A DNA stretch of 62,538 nt, counting the filler, from Sphacelaria rigidula (Eukaryota): the NCBI GenBank assembly GCA_964200075.2. It is 9 parts of 9 records of this genome, joined end to end, with 100 filler letters (N's around TTAATTAATTAA, not from the genome) between each part and the next. Parts side by side here need not be neighbours in the genome. Positions count along the whole stretch, not along the records: positions 55,680 to 62,538 come from CAXNAA020017723.1; 8 more parts are not named here. One strand, 5' to 3'. Position numbers and translations under genes: made by a program. Every line of letters starts with the position of its first letter. Within the stretch, counting starts at the first letter, position 1. Under the pieces are notes generated by a model. The model saw only the letters and a program-made list of their open reading frames with translations. It made no database searches and had not been told where the DNA came from. Below are positions 59,801 to 62,538 of this stretch, piece after piece.

Positions 59801-60360
59801 GTTTTATTTTCCGGATCTCGTTTGGGCGAGCTTGGAAGCGAACCTCTAGATAAAAGGGAGTACTCGTCCCAATTTTGAGGGTTGCACTCCAAACTTTGTT
59901 GTGGAGAACCGGTAGGGCATACGATGAATAGTAGTTTATTTCAGCTCTGTCAGTCCTCTTTTTTCATCGTTTATGGGCAAAAAACGAGATCCAGGTTGAA
60001 ATCAAACAGATGAAGCTGAAACTTCTTTTGTCATGCATTACCGATTTCCCATTTCAAATGTTGAAGTACAACTCTCAATGCTGAGGTGAGAATACCGTTT
60101 TACAGCCTGGGACAACCGACAAACGGAGCTGTCCTCTGTAATCCACTTACCTCAGTTTTGAGCAGTCACTTGTGCTTTGATATTTTGCTTGAGGAATCAG
60201 GAGAGCATGATGAGAAAATAATGTACGGAATATTGAGTTTATTTTTTCATGAGTTACGGACATTTTAATGTAGTAGATGCCATTTTTTTTTTCTGGGGGA
60301 TGTCCTTCTCTCACGAAGAATTCCCTGCCATGGTCTAGGCAGTTTCGTTTCCCTGATTAG

Positions 60361-60494
60361 GATTTCGATCACCGAAACGTTGGGGTGCCAGGTCAAAAAC
60401 CAATTTGGGAACCATTTTGGTGTCCGTTCGGACACCCGGATTTCCCCCGAACTGGTTTTTCACCTAGCACCCCAACGTTTCGGTGATCGAAATC
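60361..60494. mobile_element. 134-bp hairpin MITE
   Basis: 27-bp perfect arm GATTTCGATCACCGAAACGTTGGGGTG extending to ~50 bp; flanks TAG / TAA. Confidence 0.88.
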
Positions 60495-61487
60495 TAAATT
60501 TGGTATGGCATGTAGCAGTTGTCAATAGCTATCAGTAGATGAAGAAATGAAACCATATTTCGCATATTGGGTGTGGATACGAAGATTTTAATTATCCGGG
60601 TTTCTCATCCCCAATAAAAGATCCATCCCCAATTTGTAAGATCCCGTGTTGATACCGACTGTATCATGTATTGTCACACGGCATTATTACCGTGTATGCT
60701 GCTCCTGAAATATTTAACTGCCTGACGGTGTAGAACTGTTACGGCGGATACCGACTGTAAATGTAGAAGGCATTTCGAACTGCGCGTGGCATGTGCAGTA
60801 GGTTGTTTTATTCCATTCGCATCTTGGTGTCGTGTTTCATTTTGGCGTGCTCAGCCCGGGCGCCTGGCCCCTCACAACTTCCAGTTTCCTAGCAACTTCG
60901 GTCCCAGCTACTCAGTAGCCAAGCCTAATAACAAAGCTATCAGCCATCACTTGGAGACATCTCGCTTGCAAGCAAGTCAAGAGCACTTCTCTGCACATGA
61001 AAGTGCGTCCATGTTTTGCCTCATGATGCAGTGTTGGTTCGGACTCAATGGTCTAGAAGCGACGAGTTGGAGTGTTTCTCCAATCGACTGCAACTGTCCC
61101 CTCAGTCGGCTGATTGCTCATTGCAACCCTCGACTGTACTTGTTTCTCGAGAGTGATGCCTGTATCACCTCGTGGCCAGACCACAACAGACCTACAGACA
61201 TTGCCGACAACACCGCTACCGAAAGCGAGCTTTCTTGTGTGCAAAGTATGTGTACTTGTATCGTCGTGCTATACTGTCTGTGCTTGCAGAGCTGATAAGA
61301 AATGTTAACGCCGGACCCTGATGCGATGGTAATATTTTATGCTGCACTGTGCTACTGTCTGTGTGTATCACAACAGACGGTACTGTAGTATCCTACCCTC
61401 TGCTCTCGCTGTACTCGGAGGGGGATTAGTGCCACTGCACTTGTGAGCTCCACACGTGGACAAATAGCACCCTGTGGGGCACGTCTA

Positions 61488-61658
61488 CAGGGTTCAGGGA
61501 AACTGTACAGTGTTTCTCGCGGGGATCTGGCTGTAGTGTTTTTTTTTGCGCCCCACAGGACGATTCACAGGGTTTCAGGGAAACTGTGCAGTGTTTCTCG
61601 CGGGGATTTGACTGTAGGGTATTATTTTGTGCCACACAGGGCGCTACACAGGGTTTCG
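61488..61658. repeat. ~81-bp tandem repeat, ~2.1 copies
   Basis: CAGGGTT(T)CAGGGAAACTGTRCAGTGTTTCTCGCGGGGAT at ~61488 and ~61568, partial at ~61649. Confidence 0.92.
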
Positions 61659-62334
61659 TCACTTCGTGAGGAATTCATCGCTGTTAATATGCTGTGCAGC
61701 CTTTATAGCACGCATAAAATATACTCCATACAGCATGGGCATGGTACTGGCAGAAAAAACGGTCGAGAAGTGGCAGCGGTGAATATCCTACTCACGATTT
61801 TGTGCGCGGAAGTGCGTCAGGTTGCCTATTGAGCTACCTAACTTGTTGTTTTCGTCGAAGTTATTTTGTGCTACTAATAACTGTCATACGAAACCCTCTC
61901 TAAACAAAAGCATATTCGGTTGAGTGATTTTGGTAGACTGGGGACCATGGGGTTTTCAAAAGCAGTGTGAAGTTTTTTAGGAGGTACATAACGACAACCC
62001 AGTATCCACGTCTTGAGCCAAAGCCTTCTATCTAGACTCGTAGGCGTGTGGACATACACTCGATCGTAATCAGTGTGTCGGATCTACATTCATCCTGTAG
62101 CCCATGTGCATGGGCCGGGGGACAAAAGTATGAATTACTTTCAACATCTTTTCTGCTTGTCGGATCCCATATGCTGATAACGGTGCAGTATGCAGGATAT
62201 GCCCAGCCGATGCTGTTCGCAAAAAACGTTTTTGCCCAATTTCCGGATGAGTCAACCCAAAGTGAAGATTTATTTCGAGCTTCTTCCGCTGTTCAACTTC
62301 CAAAACCTGCCAGTCAGTGTGCATGGGATTTGCG

Positions 62335-62475
62335 CAGCAGAAAAAGCTGTTCGAAATAGATCCTTTTTTCGCCAATCAATATTGGGCGAAAAAATGATAT
62401 ATTTCGAACAGCTTCTTCTGCTGTACGACATAAATCCTTTTATTGCCCAAATAAATTGGGCGAGAAAAGGATCTA
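62335..62475. repeat. Two adjacent related hairpins
   Basis: CAGCAGAAAAAGCTGTTCGAAATA..TTTTTTCGCC / GGCGAAAAAA..TATTTCGAACAGCTTCTTCTGCTG, then a shorter variant at 62431-62475. Confidence 0.85.
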
Positions 62476-62538
62476 ACAGCCGATTTTATATTTTGGGGTT
62501 CAAACAAAATATGGGGCTGAAGTGGCATATCTGTCTTG

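Overview
This window is not one locus. It is an artificial concatenation of nine size-sorted contigs (seven of 6860 bp, two of 6859 bp) joined by 100-bp N44-TTAATTAATTAA-N44 linkers, so adjacency across linkers has no biological meaning. The DNA is eukaryotic, transposon-rich and intron-containing. The LINE and Gypsy families resemble those I recall from brown algae (Phaeophyceae); the taxon is an inference. Contents: a near full-length decayed RTE-type LINE with a (TCAA)n tail; fragments of two other LINE families; a truncated Copia; two internally deleted copies of one short-LTR Gypsy family; a third Gypsy pol; a DIRS/Ngaro-like RT-RNaseH relic; many MITEs and foldbacks; and a spliced TPR pseudogene. 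No intact, nameable host gene was found. Two observations stand out. (1) In contig 4, a multi-exon decayed gene reconstructs, after splicing and one frameshift repair, to a tyrosine-recombinase-like domain, possibly preceded by a 2OG-Fe(II) dioxygenase-like domain; this is a candidate Crypton-like element with cargo. (2) In contig 8, a tandem array of long, almost loopless palindromes (482-490 bp period) is interrupted by nested TIR elements. All protein-family calls come from motif recognition by eye; no searches were run.
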